A stretch of 62,647 nucleotides of DNA from an uncultured Leptolinea sp. (GTDB taxonomy: Bacteria; Chloroflexota; Anaerolineae; Anaerolineales; Anaerolineaceae). The notes beneath the pieces are model-generated. The model made no database searches, was not told where the DNA came from, and saw nothing but the letters and a program-made list of their open reading frames with translations. The position numbers and the translations under genes were made by a program. Positions 1 through 9,984 of this stretch are shown here, piece by piece; the stretch's first letter is position 1; every line of letters starts with the position of its first letter. The stretch is taken from contig CAYRHB010000003.1 in NCBI GenBank assembly GCA_964424035.1, positions 1 through 62,647 on the forward strand, in the 5' to 3' direction.

Positions 1-156
1 CGAGGATTCGCCTTGCTCTTCTTCCAGGTTTTTCGCGATCTGATATCCATACATCGGTTCATCAGCCCGATCCAGTACAGCCAGCAGGATAAGGGATGTG
101 ATACCCGCGTGTAATTCCTTTTGAAACTTTTTATCCAGATTATCTACTTCGCTCAA
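1..156 (-). CDS. PadR-family transcriptional regulator (5' part; runs off window start)
   Basis: Manual translation from TTG at 156 (GAAAGGA RBS upstream): MSEVDNLDKKFQKELHAGITSLILLAVLDRADEPMYGYQIAKNLEE. The 'L..L...PMYGYQI...L' segment is the PadR N-terminal signature. Confidence 0.85.
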   Translation of the reverse strand, partial: MSEVDNLDKKFQKELHAGITSLILLAVLDRADEPMYGYQIAKNLEEEQGESS

Positions 157-241
157 AGCCGGTTCCTTTCTCAATAATATGAAGGGGCGATCTAAAAGCC
201 ATCCTTGACAATACTAATTACTTATCTCTAGTATCAACTTC

Positions 242-270
242 ATAATAGTAGATAATTATTACTATGTCAA
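242..270 (-). promoter_or_regulatory. Sigma70 promoter of padR with palindromic operator in the spacer
   Basis: Minus strand TTGACA (270-265), 17 nt, TATTAT (247-242). Near-perfect palindrome ATAGTAGATAATTATTACTAT at 245-265. Confidence 0.65.
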
Positions 271-426
271 TATTAAAATACGGGGAGTTTTCAAATTCGT
301 TGCATAAGCTGTCCCCCTGTGAACAGCGATTAAAAATAAATTCTCCCACGCAAGAATAAAGATGAGATCATCATCTCGTGGAAGAATTCTTTCTGGCCGG
401 ACTGGCAGCCCGGTGGTTAGACTAAA

Positions 427-669
427 TTATACGTTTTCAGTGACCGGCAGCATACCTTCGAGGATCATCTCGATGGCCATAGTGTGGCTGCACCGGCCGC
501 GTGACTGGAAGAAATCACAGTCGCATGTCCAGGTGCCATGGTCAAAATGCACCGTGTGCGGATTATTCTCACCTTCAAGCGTAACAGTAAAAGCATCAAA
601 ATGTACGCGGGTGCGCTCTTGCGCGTAACGTTTTGCTTTTTCTATCTTTCCGATCATTCCATAATCCAT
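427..669 (-). CDS. Small SWIM zinc-finger protein (80 aa)
   Basis: MDYGMIGKIEKAKRYAQE...WTCDCDFFQSRGRCSH carries the CxC-x(n)-CxH SWIM motif. Start trimmed to ATG 669. Confidence 0.8.
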   Translation of the reverse strand: MDYGMIGKIEKAKRYAQERTRVHFDAFTVTLEGENNPHTVHFDHGTWTCDCDFFQSRGRCSHTMAIEMILEGMLPVTENV

Positions 670-918
670 GGGGCAAATCCTTTCGACAAACAGGATAAGA
701 AAGAGGCACGCAAACGCGCGTGCCTCTGGTTCACAATTCCGGGTTGAAAGATAACTCTCGCATAGTGGTTTCGGTTTTCCTAACTGTAGTATAGGAAAAC
801 AAGGACGGGGAGTCAATGAAGAAAATCTTAATTTTTCCGGATGTATGACCATTTATTCCAGTCACGTGCAATTCTGCAAGGGGTTGTTTATGCAAGCCGC
901 AGCCATCCAGCGCAGTAT

Positions 919-1365
919 TTACTCAAATTCCATCCCAAACAGCACATATTCCTCGTCGAAACCATATTTCCGGTAGAACTTCTGCGCCGGCAGATTCTCT
1001 TTTTCTGTCCCCACTTCCAGTTCATCCATTTTCCGGTTACGGGCTTCCTGTTCCGCCATCTTCATCAAGTCGCAGCCGATCCCCCTGCCGCGGCAGCTTT
1101 CTGCGACCACCAGTTCATTAACCTGGGCTGTACCCACCCGGTGAAAGAACGTCATGTAAAACACCATGGAAAGAAAACCAACAATCTCGCCATCCAGTTC
1201 GTAGACAAAGTTGGCATAGGTATCTGGCTGGCCGGACATTTTCCGGTATAGCCCGCGAAATTTTTCCAGATCAAATTCTTTTCCACCGGTTGCCACTTCA
1301 GCAAGCTGCGTGATCAATCCAACTACAGCCGGCAGATCCTTCTCTTCACACAGGCGGACAGACAT
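919..1365 (-). CDS. GNAT family N-acetyltransferase
   Basis: Acetyl-CoA motif VVAESCRGRGIG and C-terminal NLPAQKFYRKYGF. Confidence 0.9.
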   Translation of the reverse strand: MSVRLCEEKDLPAVVGLITQLAEVATGGKEFDLEKFRGLYRKMSGQPDTYANFVYELDGEIVGFLSMVFYMTFFHRVGTAQVNELVVAESCRGRGIGCDLMKMAEQEARNRKMDELEVGTEKENLPAQKFYRKYGFDEEYVLFGMEFE

Positions 1366-1556
1366 TAAATTTTCCTCCGGTCATAGATCAACTTGTTTGC
1401 CAATCATAATCCAATCTGTAATTCTAATAATGCACAATCGTACAGGCATCCACGGGAAACGTCCGGTGTATGTAGATTATTCCCACTAAAGAAGGGTAAA
1501 ATAATCGAACACCTTTACCGGTAATTTATTTGTTCCCCATTATGAAAGGATGAATC

Positions 1557-2027
1557 ATGGGCCAATATCCCTCTGATGATCTAAAGAACCTGCTGCAACC
1601 TGTGCTTGGCGCCGGTTATATCATGCTGCACGCCAAAGGTAAATCTGACCTGACAGAAAACGATGTGATAGCCGCCATCGGGTCTCTGGAAGAAGCCCGT
1701 ACCCTGTTTCCCTGTGCCAGTATCAACGACCTGGCTGACGGATTCAAAGCCCTGGCAGCCGGCAAACTAACCTATGACAGCGACGAATTAGTCTTTGTGG
1801 AAGAACCTGGCCGTTTGGTACAGAACGTACAATGGCAATCGCGGGTGGTGGACGCGGTAGCCAGTTCCGCGGAAGCCCGCCAGTACCGGCACCTCGTGGC
1901 GTTTGCCGCGGAAAAAGCTGCCTGCTCTGATAAGGAAGGCGGTTATAAAGGTCCGGGCGAACAACCCCTGACTGAAGCAGAAACCACCATCCTCACCCAG
2001 TTAAAATCCGGAATGGCTATTAAATAA
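1557..2027 (+). CDS. Hypothetical helical protein (possibly distant TerB-like fold)
   Basis: 156-aa ORF with GAAAGGA RBS and downstream terminator. C-terminal 'AEKAACSDKEGGYKGPG...EAETTIL' resembles the KEGG-motif TerB-like proteins (weak). Confidence 0.65.
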   Translation: MGQYPSDDLKNLLQPVLGAGYIMLHAKGKSDLTENDVIAAIGSLEEARTLFPCASINDLADGFKALAAGKLTYDSDELVFVEEPGRLVQNVQWQSRVVDAVASSAEARQYRHLVAFAAEKAACSDKEGGYKGPGEQPLTEAETTILTQLKSGMAIK

Positions 2028-2053
2028 CCCGATTTCAATACATCAATACACAT

Positions 2054-2093
2054 GAAAACGGGAAAAGGATAATGAGATCCTTTTCCCGTTTTC
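2054..2093. terminator. Bidirectional intrinsic terminator
   Basis: 17-bp stem GAAAACGGGAAAAGGAT / ATCCTTTTCCCGTTTTC between convergent genes. Confidence 0.8.
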
Positions 2094-2106
2094 TCATAAT
2101 TTTCGC

Positions 2107-2502
2107 TCAGAGAACCGTGGTATGCACATCAAACACCGGGGGGTGTTCCATGGTCTTTTTTACTTTACATTGGTCAGCGGAGCGAATAAGCGCATCGTGA
2201 TATTTTTCAGGGAAGGAAGGTGGAACCTGGATATCCAGTTCGACTTTTGTCAGCATTCCCGTCTGTGGATCGGCTTCCATCCTCTGCACCAGCTTGATCC
2301 CATCTGTGGGCAGATTGCGCTGACGGCAGAAACCGAGCACATAGATACCCGCACAGGTCCCAATGGACGCGAGGAACGTGGCAAATGGTGTTGGTGCCGA
2401 ATTCTCTCCACCGCCCATTACAGGCTGGTCGGTGGCAACAGTGAATTGCCCCAAATGAGCGTCAACCCGGGCACCGCCGGGAAAATCAATGATCATGTCC
2501 AT
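2107..2502 (-). CDS. OsmC/YhfA family protein
   Basis: TDQPVMGGGENSAPTPFATFLASIGTC and the second Cys in ADQCKVKKT match the OsmC-like family. Confidence 0.9.
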   Translation of the reverse strand: MDMIIDFPGGARVDAHLGQFTVATDQPVMGGGENSAPTPFATFLASIGTCAGIYVLGFCRQRNLPTDGIKLVQRMEADPQTGMLTKVELDIQVPPSFPEKYHDALIRSADQCKVKKTMEHPPVFDVHTTVL

Positions 2503-2573
2503 ACGGATTTAGTCTGACTCCTTGATATTTGTAATTAATACTTTTGATAAGAAATATCAGAAAAGGTTACAGA

Positions 2574-3494
2574 CTAATCCGCATTTTTTACCTGGAATGT
2601 ATCAAAATCGCGGGCAACAACAGCCTGCGGGAATACAGATTGTGCCTCAGCGATCACATCTTTCTCGCGATAACGCCGGGAGATATGCGTAAGATATAAA
2701 GCCCTGACCCCGGCTCTGGCTGCCAGTTCAGCTGAACGTTTGGCCGTCATATGAGAGAATTGCCGTGCCATCTCTGCCTCTTCGTCCAGGTAAGTTGATT
2801 CGATCACTAAAGCATCTGCCCCCCGGCAGATATCCACCAGGCTATCCACTTCGCCAACATCACCGATAACAACCAGGCGGGTGCCTGGTTTGAAATCACC
2901 CAGAACATCGGCCGGGTTGATCGTGCGTCCATCCGGAAGCGAAATTGATTTGCCTTCCACAAGATCACGGCGCCACGGTCCCTGGGGGATTCCCAATGCT
3001 TCCGCCTTTTCGGGGAGGAAAGGGCGGTGCCCTTTTTCTTCAAATACGAATCCCAGGCAATCCGGCCCGCGATGCTGGACATTGAACGCGGAAATGGTAA
3101 GGTCATTCTCTTCAATGATCACACCATTGGTCACTGGGAAGAAATGGATGGGCATTGGAGAGGATGCGCCCCGCAAAACAACACCGTACAGAAGATCGCG
3201 TATGCGGTCAAGTGCGTTGCGTCCGCCGTAAATATCCAGTGTGTCAATGGTTTCCCAGCGCATATACGTGGAAAGAAGACCGGCCAATCCAAGGATATGG
3301 TCAAGGTGGCCATGAGTGATCAGAATACGGTTTAGCTTTTTAAAACCGATCCCGCATTGCAGGATTTGCCGTTGCGTACCTTCGCCGCAGTCCACCAGGT
3401 AGCGTTGGTCTTCATGTTTAACAACAAGGGATGGTAAATTCCGGCGGGCGGAAGGCGCCGAAGCGGATGTCCCAAGAAAAATGATCTCAAACAA
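2574..3494 (-). CDS. rnz: Ribonuclease Z
   Basis: FLGTSASAP, DCGEGTQ, THGHLDH metallo-beta-lactamase motif, GIPQGP exosite, ESTY and THISRRY. Probable TTG start at 3494. Confidence 0.93.
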   Translation of the reverse strand: MFEIIFLGTSASAPSARRNLPSLVVKHEDQRYLVDCGEGTQRQILQCGIGFKKLNRILITHGHLDHILGLAGLLSTYMRWETIDTLDIYGGRNALDRIRDLLYGVVLRGASSPMPIHFFPVTNGVIIEENDLTISAFNVQHRGPDCLGFVFEEKGHRPFLPEKAEALGIPQGPWRRDLVEGKSISLPDGRTINPADVLGDFKPGTRLVVIGDVGEVDSLVDICRGADALVIESTYLDEEAEMARQFSHMTAKRSAELAARAGVRALYLTHISRRYREKDVIAEAQSVFPQAVVARDFDTFQVKNAD

Positions 3495-3622
3495 TAAGGT
3501 TGGCCTTTCAAAAGAGGAACTCCATTTTACCGCAGAACCCATGTGAAATGTTTTACGTCGATATTATGGAGTTTTTACATGGGAATTCTATAATTGTTTG
3601 TATCCAAAAAACCGGAGGGGAA

Positions 3623-4714
3623 ATGAACTCATATATTCGAACCATCCTGCCAGTTTTTATCGTGCTGAGCATTGCCGGTTGTTCATTACCGCGCAACAAC
3701 GCATCAACACCAACCGTATCGCTTATTCCCAGCGAAACACCCAATATTGAAATGACAGTCAATGCGGCGTTAAAAGCAACAGAAGATGCAAAATCGGCCA
3801 TGCAGGCAACAATCGATATTTCAGTTGCCGGAACAATTACAGCCATACCGCCCCAACCAACACCAACCTTAATGAATATTTCGTATGTAACGGAAGATGA
3901 GGTGGTTGAAATGGTTGAACAAGAAGTGGATGAAGTCATGCAGGCATCCACCGAATGCGCTGAATATGCGTCTACCGCCGCGGCGGACGATACAATCACC
4001 TCAGAAGAATTAGCAGAAATGGAAGCGGCCGTCCTTCTCACCGAAGAGGCGATCGAAGAGGCAATGTACCTCGCGGAACAATATATGTCACTGTACGCGG
4101 ATCTGGCTGAGGAAACCATATACCTGTTGAACGAACTGGAGTCAGAACTTGCCTATATCAGTCAATCAACAGCACAAATCGACGCCACTTTGGATGAGAT
4201 CAATACCGCGATGCAGCAAGGCCTTTCTCTGGCTGAAGAAACGATCAGCCAACTGGAAACACAGGCCGCGGAGATACAAGCGCATACCAGTGAATTACAG
4301 GCCAAAGCAGATGCCTGGAAAGACAAGGCAGCCGAAGAACGGGATAAACGGGCTGAATTTACTGCCAGTATTCAACCGGACCAGATCGCCGGTGATAAAG
4401 TTGAAGCACTTCAACAACTTTCCACTTATATACAGGAAGCGCGGACATCACTGGCAGACGGGAAACTCAGTTACAGCGAGTTATCATCCCTCGGGAGACT
4501 TGGCGCAAATGCCAGTGCGAGTCTAAGGCAATTTGGCGAAGCAGGTGCCGGGGTTGCCGACAAACTGAATGGTCTTACCGTCAACTTCGCGCGCGGTGAA
4601 ATCCCACAGGCAATGAATGGTCTCTCATCCCTGGAAGGCAATTTCAACAGCCTGGGAAGCAGTTTGAAAGATTTTTCTCCCCCCAGCCTTCCCAAACCCC
4701 CATTAAGGCGCTGA
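3623..4714 (+). CDS. Acidic coiled-coil lipoprotein, unknown function
   Basis: Signal peptide with lipobox IAGC, Thr/Pro linker and long Glu/Ala-rich helices. GGAGG RBS before ATG 3623. Confidence 0.75.
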   Translation: MNSYIRTILPVFIVLSIAGCSLPRNNASTPTVSLIPSETPNIEMTVNAALKATEDAKSAMQATIDISVAGTITAIPPQPTPTLMNISYVTEDEVVEMVEQEVDEVMQASTECAEYASTAAADDTITSEELAEMEAAVLLTEEAIEEAMYLAEQYMSLYADLAEETIYLLNELESELAYISQSTAQIDATLDEINTAMQQGLSLAEETISQLETQAAEIQAHTSELQAKADAWKDKAAEERDKRAEFTASIQPDQIAGDKVEALQQLSTYIQEARTSLADGKLSYSELSSLGRLGANASASLRQFGEAGAGVADKLNGLTVNFARGEIPQAMNGLSSLEGNFNSLGSSLKDFSPPSLPKPPLRR

Positions 4715-4817
4715 CCCGGATCGGGTGAAATCTCTCAACCCGAATTGAAACCGGGATCACGATTTTTCTCCTGCATTGGTTATAATCATTCCGGCGATAT
4801 TGCCGGGATGATTAATT

Positions 4818-5609
4818 ATGAAAACCGTAAGACATTCGAGACTATTCATTTTAAGCCTGACCATTTGCAGCCTGATGGCAGCCTGTTCTTCATCCGCCAC
4901 TCCGGTTGTCAGTACTCTGCCGATAAGCACCGATCTACCCCAGACCACCAGCAGCAGCACACCTGTATTAACCCGGACGGTGGAAAGCACGGAAACTTCA
5001 ACCCCTGTCAGCCGGGCAACACCGGATATCAATGTCACAGCTACCGCGCAGGCTGTATCCATGCAGGTGGATATGCAGAAACTGGTTGACAACAAATTGG
5101 TCAGCAGCGCTGCCGGTCAGTATTTCACCGTACAGAACTTCACCGGTGAATGGGCTAAACTATCATATTATCACTGGTGGCCATTGGACGTGAAACCGAC
5201 GAATTTCGCCATTCGCGCACTTGTCACCTGGGAATCCGCCATGCCCAATGCCAATCCATCCAGGGCTGGTTGTGGATTCGTGTTCCATGAGAATGGACCC
5301 GATGATCTGCACATCACGTACATTTCCACTGATGGGTATGTGCGAAGCCACCGGATGGATAAAAAGGTATTCTCAGACCTGAAAGCCAATTGGGCTGGCA
5401 AATTTGACATGACATCTGATTCCGCCGAGGTCATGCTGGTTGTCGATTACCAGTGGATCACTGTTTTTGTGAATGGAAAACAGATCGTCCGGTTCCAGGA
5501 TGACCGGCTCAATGGTGGAGGACTAGCCTTCGCGGTGGCTTCGGGGTCAAACAATGACTTCGGAACCCGTTGTACGTTTGAAAATGTTGAATTGTGGGAA
5601 TTCAACTGA
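4818..5609 (+). CDS. Lipoprotein with C-terminal beta-sandwich (DUF1080/concanavalin-like) domain
   Basis: Lipobox MAAC, Ser/Thr-rich linker, then GCGFVF...ITVFVNGKQI...GGLAF...FENVELW. Confidence 0.7.
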   Translation: MKTVRHSRLFILSLTICSLMAACSSSATPVVSTLPISTDLPQTTSSSTPVLTRTVESTETSTPVSRATPDINVTATAQAVSMQVDMQKLVDNKLVSSAAGQYFTVQNFTGEWAKLSYYHWWPLDVKPTNFAIRALVTWESAMPNANPSRAGCGFVFHENGPDDLHITYISTDGYVRSHRMDKKVFSDLKANWAGKFDMTSDSAEVMLVVDYQWITVFVNGKQIVRFQDDRLNGGGLAFAVASGSNNDFGTRCTFENVELWEFN

Positions 5610-7041
5610 TCGTCGAGACGCCCCAGATTTGCAATAAACGGATGTAGAACTGTGTCATCTTGATCAATGACCGGATTCGGATGCGTTCATTGATACCATC
5701 CGGACTCAGGTCATCTTCGGGTGGAATCATCAGCGGCGTGAACCGGTATACATTCCGGCATACGGAGGTATAAAAGCGCGCGTCACCGGGCCAGGGCTGG
5801 ACTACGGGAGCAACCGGAATGCCCTGATAAACCTCGAGTATGGCCCGTTCCACTGTCTGATATGCCGCAGATTCAAAAGAAGACGTATTGGGCGCCTCCC
5901 AGGCGCGGTCAGCCTGCGCCTGAAAAATGACGCGTTCATCATTTACCGCTTTACGGATATGTTCACTGACTTCCGCAATAGATTCGCCCGGCATCAGGAA
6001 GACATCCACATAGGCACGCGCAGTTTCCAGATTTCCGGAAATACGCATAGGAATAAACTGCGTTCTGGAACGCATCTGCGCTTCGGGATGTTTGTGAATC
6101 ATTTTTCTTGCAATGGAAGATAATAACCATGTATTGGCAAATACCACTTGCTGCGAATACCCGACACCGCCAACCAATCCGCGGTAGGTTTCACGGATCT
6201 CTTTAAACGAAACCGGCAGTGGATTATCAGCCAGACGGGCAAGAGCATGCGCCAGGATATCCAGTTTATTATCCTCCCGCCCTGTACTTTCCGCCCGGAA
6301 TTCAAACCGGATATGACCACGTTCAGTGACACCGATGAGTGCCGCCATGCCGGTCATTCCGGGGTAATAGCCATCCGAAATCCAATCCCCTTCGTCCAGA
6401 GCCACTTCCAACCTGACCCCGGCTTTTTTCAAATAAGCCGCTGTACGGCTGGCTCCCACTTTGCCACCGGAAAGACAGTCGTGTCCGAAAGCCAGGTAAA
6501 CCGTCCTCTCCGGTTTATATCCGGCGCGCAGCATGATTTCTACCGCCTGTAAAATGGCAACCATCTGGCCTTTGCCCTGCAGGGTTCCACGACCCCAGAC
6601 AAAGCCATCCTTTACTGTTCCGGAAAAAGGTGGAACCTCCCACTGATCTGCGGTTTTTGGGTCAATAGGTGGGATATCATAATGTCCGCTGAGCAAAACA
6701 CCGGGGAGCTTGGAATTGCGTCCAGGCCAGATATATAACAGTGAAAGGTCCTGGCTTGAACGGACTTCCAGTGTTGTATGCACACGGGGAAAGTGTTTCA
6801 GCAATGCGCGGTGCAGGTTGATGTACTCATCGCGCATGGTTCCAGTCAATTCATCCGATGCGATGGTCCGGCACCGGATCACATCAGATAGGTGCTCAGC
6901 CAGCACATCACCATCCACCTCCTCCAGGTCTACAACGGGGTAATCCGGTATGGGCCGGGCGAAGCGTAATGAAATGATCAGCATTAAAGCTGAGAGGAAA
7001 AATAGCAGGATGGTGAAGACGATAATGAAATGTATGGCCAT
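5602..7041 (-). CDS. M20 peptidase-like protein (PM20D1/CPS1-like) with degenerate metal-binding residues
   Basis: N-terminal TM, then SGHYD, W..PPFSG.V.DGFVWGRG and LDEG. The usual D, EE and terminal H positions are substituted. Confidence 0.85.
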   Translation of the reverse strand: MAIHFIIVFTILLFFLSALMLIISLRFARPIPDYPVVDLEEVDGDVLAEHLSDVIRCRTIASDELTGTMRDEYINLHRALLKHFPRVHTTLEVRSSQDLSLLYIWPGRNSKLPGVLLSGHYDIPPIDPKTADQWEVPPFSGTVKDGFVWGRGTLQGKGQMVAILQAVEIMLRAGYKPERTVYLAFGHDCLSGGKVGASRTAAYLKKAGVRLEVALDEGDWISDGYYPGMTGMAALIGVTERGHIRFEFRAESTGREDNKLDILAHALARLADNPLPVSFKEIRETYRGLVGGVGYSQQVVFANTWLLSSIARKMIHKHPEAQMRSRTQFIPMRISGNLETARAYVDVFLMPGESIAEVSEHIRKAVNDERVIFQAQADRAWEAPNTSSFESAAYQTVERAILEVYQGIPVAPVVQPWPGDARFYTSVCRNVYRFTPLMIPPEDDLSPDGINERIRIRSLIKMTQFYIRLLQIWGVSTIS

Positions 7042-7172
7042 TGGTCACCAATATTGATTGTATCAAAATCAACGGCATCAGGTAGAAACACAGGCAAGGA
7101 AATGTGAGTCTTTTTCCATCCACATTCGTATAATTAACCCATAATGATCCCGGCTCAGGAAGGAGACGGCAA

Positions 7173-8141
7173 ATGGAATTTAGAAATCTGGGGAGGACCG
7201 GGCTGAAAGTATCCGAGGTATGCCTTGGAAGCATGCAATTCGGTTGGACAGCCGATGAAGAGACATCATTCCATATCCTGACGGCTGCTATCGATGCCGG
7301 CATCAATTTTATTGACACGGCGGATATTTATTCACGCTGGGTAAAAGGGAATCCGGGCGGGGTATCCGAGGAGATCATTGGACGGTGGCTGATCAAATCC
7401 GGCATACCGCGGCACGACATTATCATTGCCACCAAGGTGCGGGGGGCGATGGGTCCGGGCATCAACGATGAAGGTTTATCCCGTGTCCATATTTTGAAGG
7501 CTGTGGAGGATTCTCTCCGCCGGTTGCAAACGGATTACATTGACCTGTACCAGACCCACTGGATCGATGAGAATACACCGATCGAAGAAACCCTCTCAAC
7601 CATGACCGACCTGGTACGCCAGGGCAAGGTCCGGTATATCGGTTGCTCCAATATTCCCGCGTGGCGGCTGGTTGAATCATTATGGGTGGCAGAACACTAT
7701 AATCTATGCCGCTATGAAAGTCTTCAGCCACATTACCACCTGCTGCGGCGTGATGAATTCGAGGCTGAACTGGCTGATGTGTGTCGCGGGTACACTCTTG
7801 CGGTGCTTCCCTACAGTCCACTGGCTGGTGGATTCCTCACCGGAAAATACCGGAAAGACGACCCGAAGACCGAAAGCCAGCGAAATGTGGCTAAATATTT
7901 TACCGATAAGAACTGGGCATTGTTGGATATTATGGACAACATCGGGAAAAACCACAATAAAAGCACTTCACAGATTGCCCTCGCCTGGCTCCTGAGCCAA
8001 CCGGTAGTAACCTGCCCGATCATTGGTCCGCGAACAATCGAGCAATTGCAGGATAACCTCGGGGCAACCGGCTGGCGGTTGGAACCGGACGAGATCAAGA
8101 CCCTGGACCAGGCAACCGCCTGGCAACCGGTAGAACAATAA
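7173..8141 (+). CDS. Aldo/keto reductase
   Basis: LGRTGLKVSEVCLGSM, GINFIDTADIY, IATK, SLRRLQTDYIDLYQTH, YSPLAGG, IIGPR. Confidence 0.95.
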   Translation: MEFRNLGRTGLKVSEVCLGSMQFGWTADEETSFHILTAAIDAGINFIDTADIYSRWVKGNPGGVSEEIIGRWLIKSGIPRHDIIIATKVRGAMGPGINDEGLSRVHILKAVEDSLRRLQTDYIDLYQTHWIDENTPIEETLSTMTDLVRQGKVRYIGCSNIPAWRLVESLWVAEHYNLCRYESLQPHYHLLRRDEFEAELADVCRGYTLAVLPYSPLAGGFLTGKYRKDDPKTESQRNVAKYFTDKNWALLDIMDNIGKNHNKSTSQIALAWLLSQPVVTCPIIGPRTIEQLQDNLGATGWRLEPDEIKTLDQATAWQPVEQ

Positions 8142-8193
8142 CCATCAATCAGGTGTGTTACAATCCGGCTGATATCGAAGCAAGAGGAACAAT

Positions 8194-9975
8194 ATGATCG
8201 AAAATGTACTGGTATCTGTCGCCTGGCCGTACGCCAATGCTGAAATCCATGTCGGGAATTTAACCGGAGCCTATCTACCGGCGGATATCTTTTCCCGTTT
8301 CCAACGCCTGCGCGGACGCAAAGTCTTGATGGTATCCGGTTCTGACGCACATGGAACCCCGATCACCGTGCGGGCTGACGCGGAAAACACGACAGCGTTG
8401 GAGGTCTACCAGAGATTCCACAACGGGTTCCTTGAGCTGTTCATGAGTCTTGGCCTGACCTATGACCTTTTCTCCAGTACACACACAACCAACCATTTCG
8501 ATGTATCCCAGAAGATATTTCTGGCTCTGAAAAAGAACGGGTATTTATACACCGACCGGGAGATGCAGTGGTATGCCCCCAGTCAGAAACGATTTCTTCC
8601 CGATCGCTACGTAGAGGGAACCTGTTATATATGCGGTTTTGAGAATGCCCGCAGTGACCAGTGTGACAAATGCGGCAATCTGCTTGACCCGGCCCAGTTG
8701 ATCAATCCGCGCAGCAAGGTGGACGGTTCAGCCCCTGAATTACGCGAAACGGAACACACTTACCTCGATCTCGGTAAATTGCAGCCTGCCGTAGTTGAAT
8801 TCCTCAAACAACGGGAGAGTTACTGGCGGCCGAATGTCCTCCGTCAGAGCCTGGGACAGATCCTTGCCAACAACCTCCACGGGCGTGCCATTACCCGTGA
8901 TCTGGACTGGGGTATCCCCGTCCCGCTGGAAGGCTGGGATGGTAAATGCCTGTATGTGTGGTTTGAAGCGGTCATCGGTTATCTGTCGGCGTCGATTGAA
9001 TGGAGCCGGTTGACAGGCAATCCGGAAGCCTGGCTGGATTGGTGGCATGGGCCCCAATCACAATCCTATTATTTCATTGGAAAAGACAACATCCCATTCC
9101 ATGCGGTTATCTGGCCTGCCCAGCTCACCGGTAGTGGAAAAGCCTTCGACGAGCTCATGGGGGTGGCCAAACCTGCCCTTTTGAACCTGCCGTATGATGT
9201 TCCAGCCAATGAGTTCATGAACCTTGAAAACCAGAAGATCTCCGGCAGCCGCAACTGGGCTGTGTGGGGACGAGATTTTCTCACCCGCTACGACCCGGAT
9301 CCATTGCGCTACTATCTGACGGTCAACATGCCCGAATCAAAGGATACGGATTGGGATTGGGAGGATTTCTTCCACAGGAACAATGATGAACTGGTAGCCA
9401 CATGGGGAAACCTGGCCAACCGTGTTCTGTCATTCACCTGCAAACACTGGGAAAATCAGGTTCCCGATCCGGGTGAATTGGCTGAACAGGATAAAGCCCT
9501 GCTGGCTGAAGTGGAAAAAGGGTTTGATACCGTAGCGGCAGAGATGGAAGCTGTCCGGTTGCGGGCTGCCCTGGCCGAAGGGATGCGGCTTGCCACGGAA
9601 GTGAACAAGTATCTTGACCAGACGGCACCCTGGATGGCTGTAAAGACGGACAAGGCTGCCGCCGCGCGGTCAATTTTCACCGCTTTAAAAGCCATAGATT
9701 CGATCAAAGTGCTTCTGGCTCCATTCCTGCCATTCACCAGTGAACGACTGCATGGATTTTTCGGCTACACACAACCATTGTTCGGCAAACAGTTCATCGA
9801 CACGATCGAGGATGACCTGGGCACGCATACCGCGCTGCGCTACGACCCCGACGGTGCTTCCGGCTGTTGGGAGCCTTCATCGCTTCAACCGGGCAGGAAA
9901 CTGGTTAATCCACAGCCATTATTCAAGAAACTGGATGCAAGCATTATCGAAGAGGAACGGAAGCGTCTCGGTTAA
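8194..9975 (+). CDS. metG: Methionine--tRNA ligase
   Basis: AWPYANAEIHVGN (HIGH-like), SGSDAHGTPI, Zn knuckle CYIC/CDKC, ITRDLDWGIPVP, YVWFEA, GKDNIPFH and KISGS (KMSKS equivalent). No C-terminal Trbp domain. Confidence 0.97.
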   Translation: MIENVLVSVAWPYANAEIHVGNLTGAYLPADIFSRFQRLRGRKVLMVSGSDAHGTPITVRADAENTTALEVYQRFHNGFLELFMSLGLTYDLFSSTHTTNHFDVSQKIFLALKKNGYLYTDREMQWYAPSQKRFLPDRYVEGTCYICGFENARSDQCDKCGNLLDPAQLINPRSKVDGSAPELRETEHTYLDLGKLQPAVVEFLKQRESYWRPNVLRQSLGQILANNLHGRAITRDLDWGIPVPLEGWDGKCLYVWFEAVIGYLSASIEWSRLTGNPEAWLDWWHGPQSQSYYFIGKDNIPFHAVIWPAQLTGSGKAFDELMGVAKPALLNLPYDVPANEFMNLENQKISGSRNWAVWGRDFLTRYDPDPLRYYLTVNMPESKDTDWDWEDFFHRNNDELVATWGNLANRVLSFTCKHWENQVPDPGELAEQDKALLAEVEKGFDTVAAEMEAVRLRAALAEGMRLATEVNKYLDQTAPWMAVKTDKAAAARSIFTALKAIDSIKVLLAPFLPFTSERLHGFFGYTQPLFGKQFIDTIEDDLGTHTALRYDPDGASGCWEPSSLQPGRKLVNPQPLFKKLDASIIEEERKRLG

Positions 9976-9984
9976 TTTTTTGAA

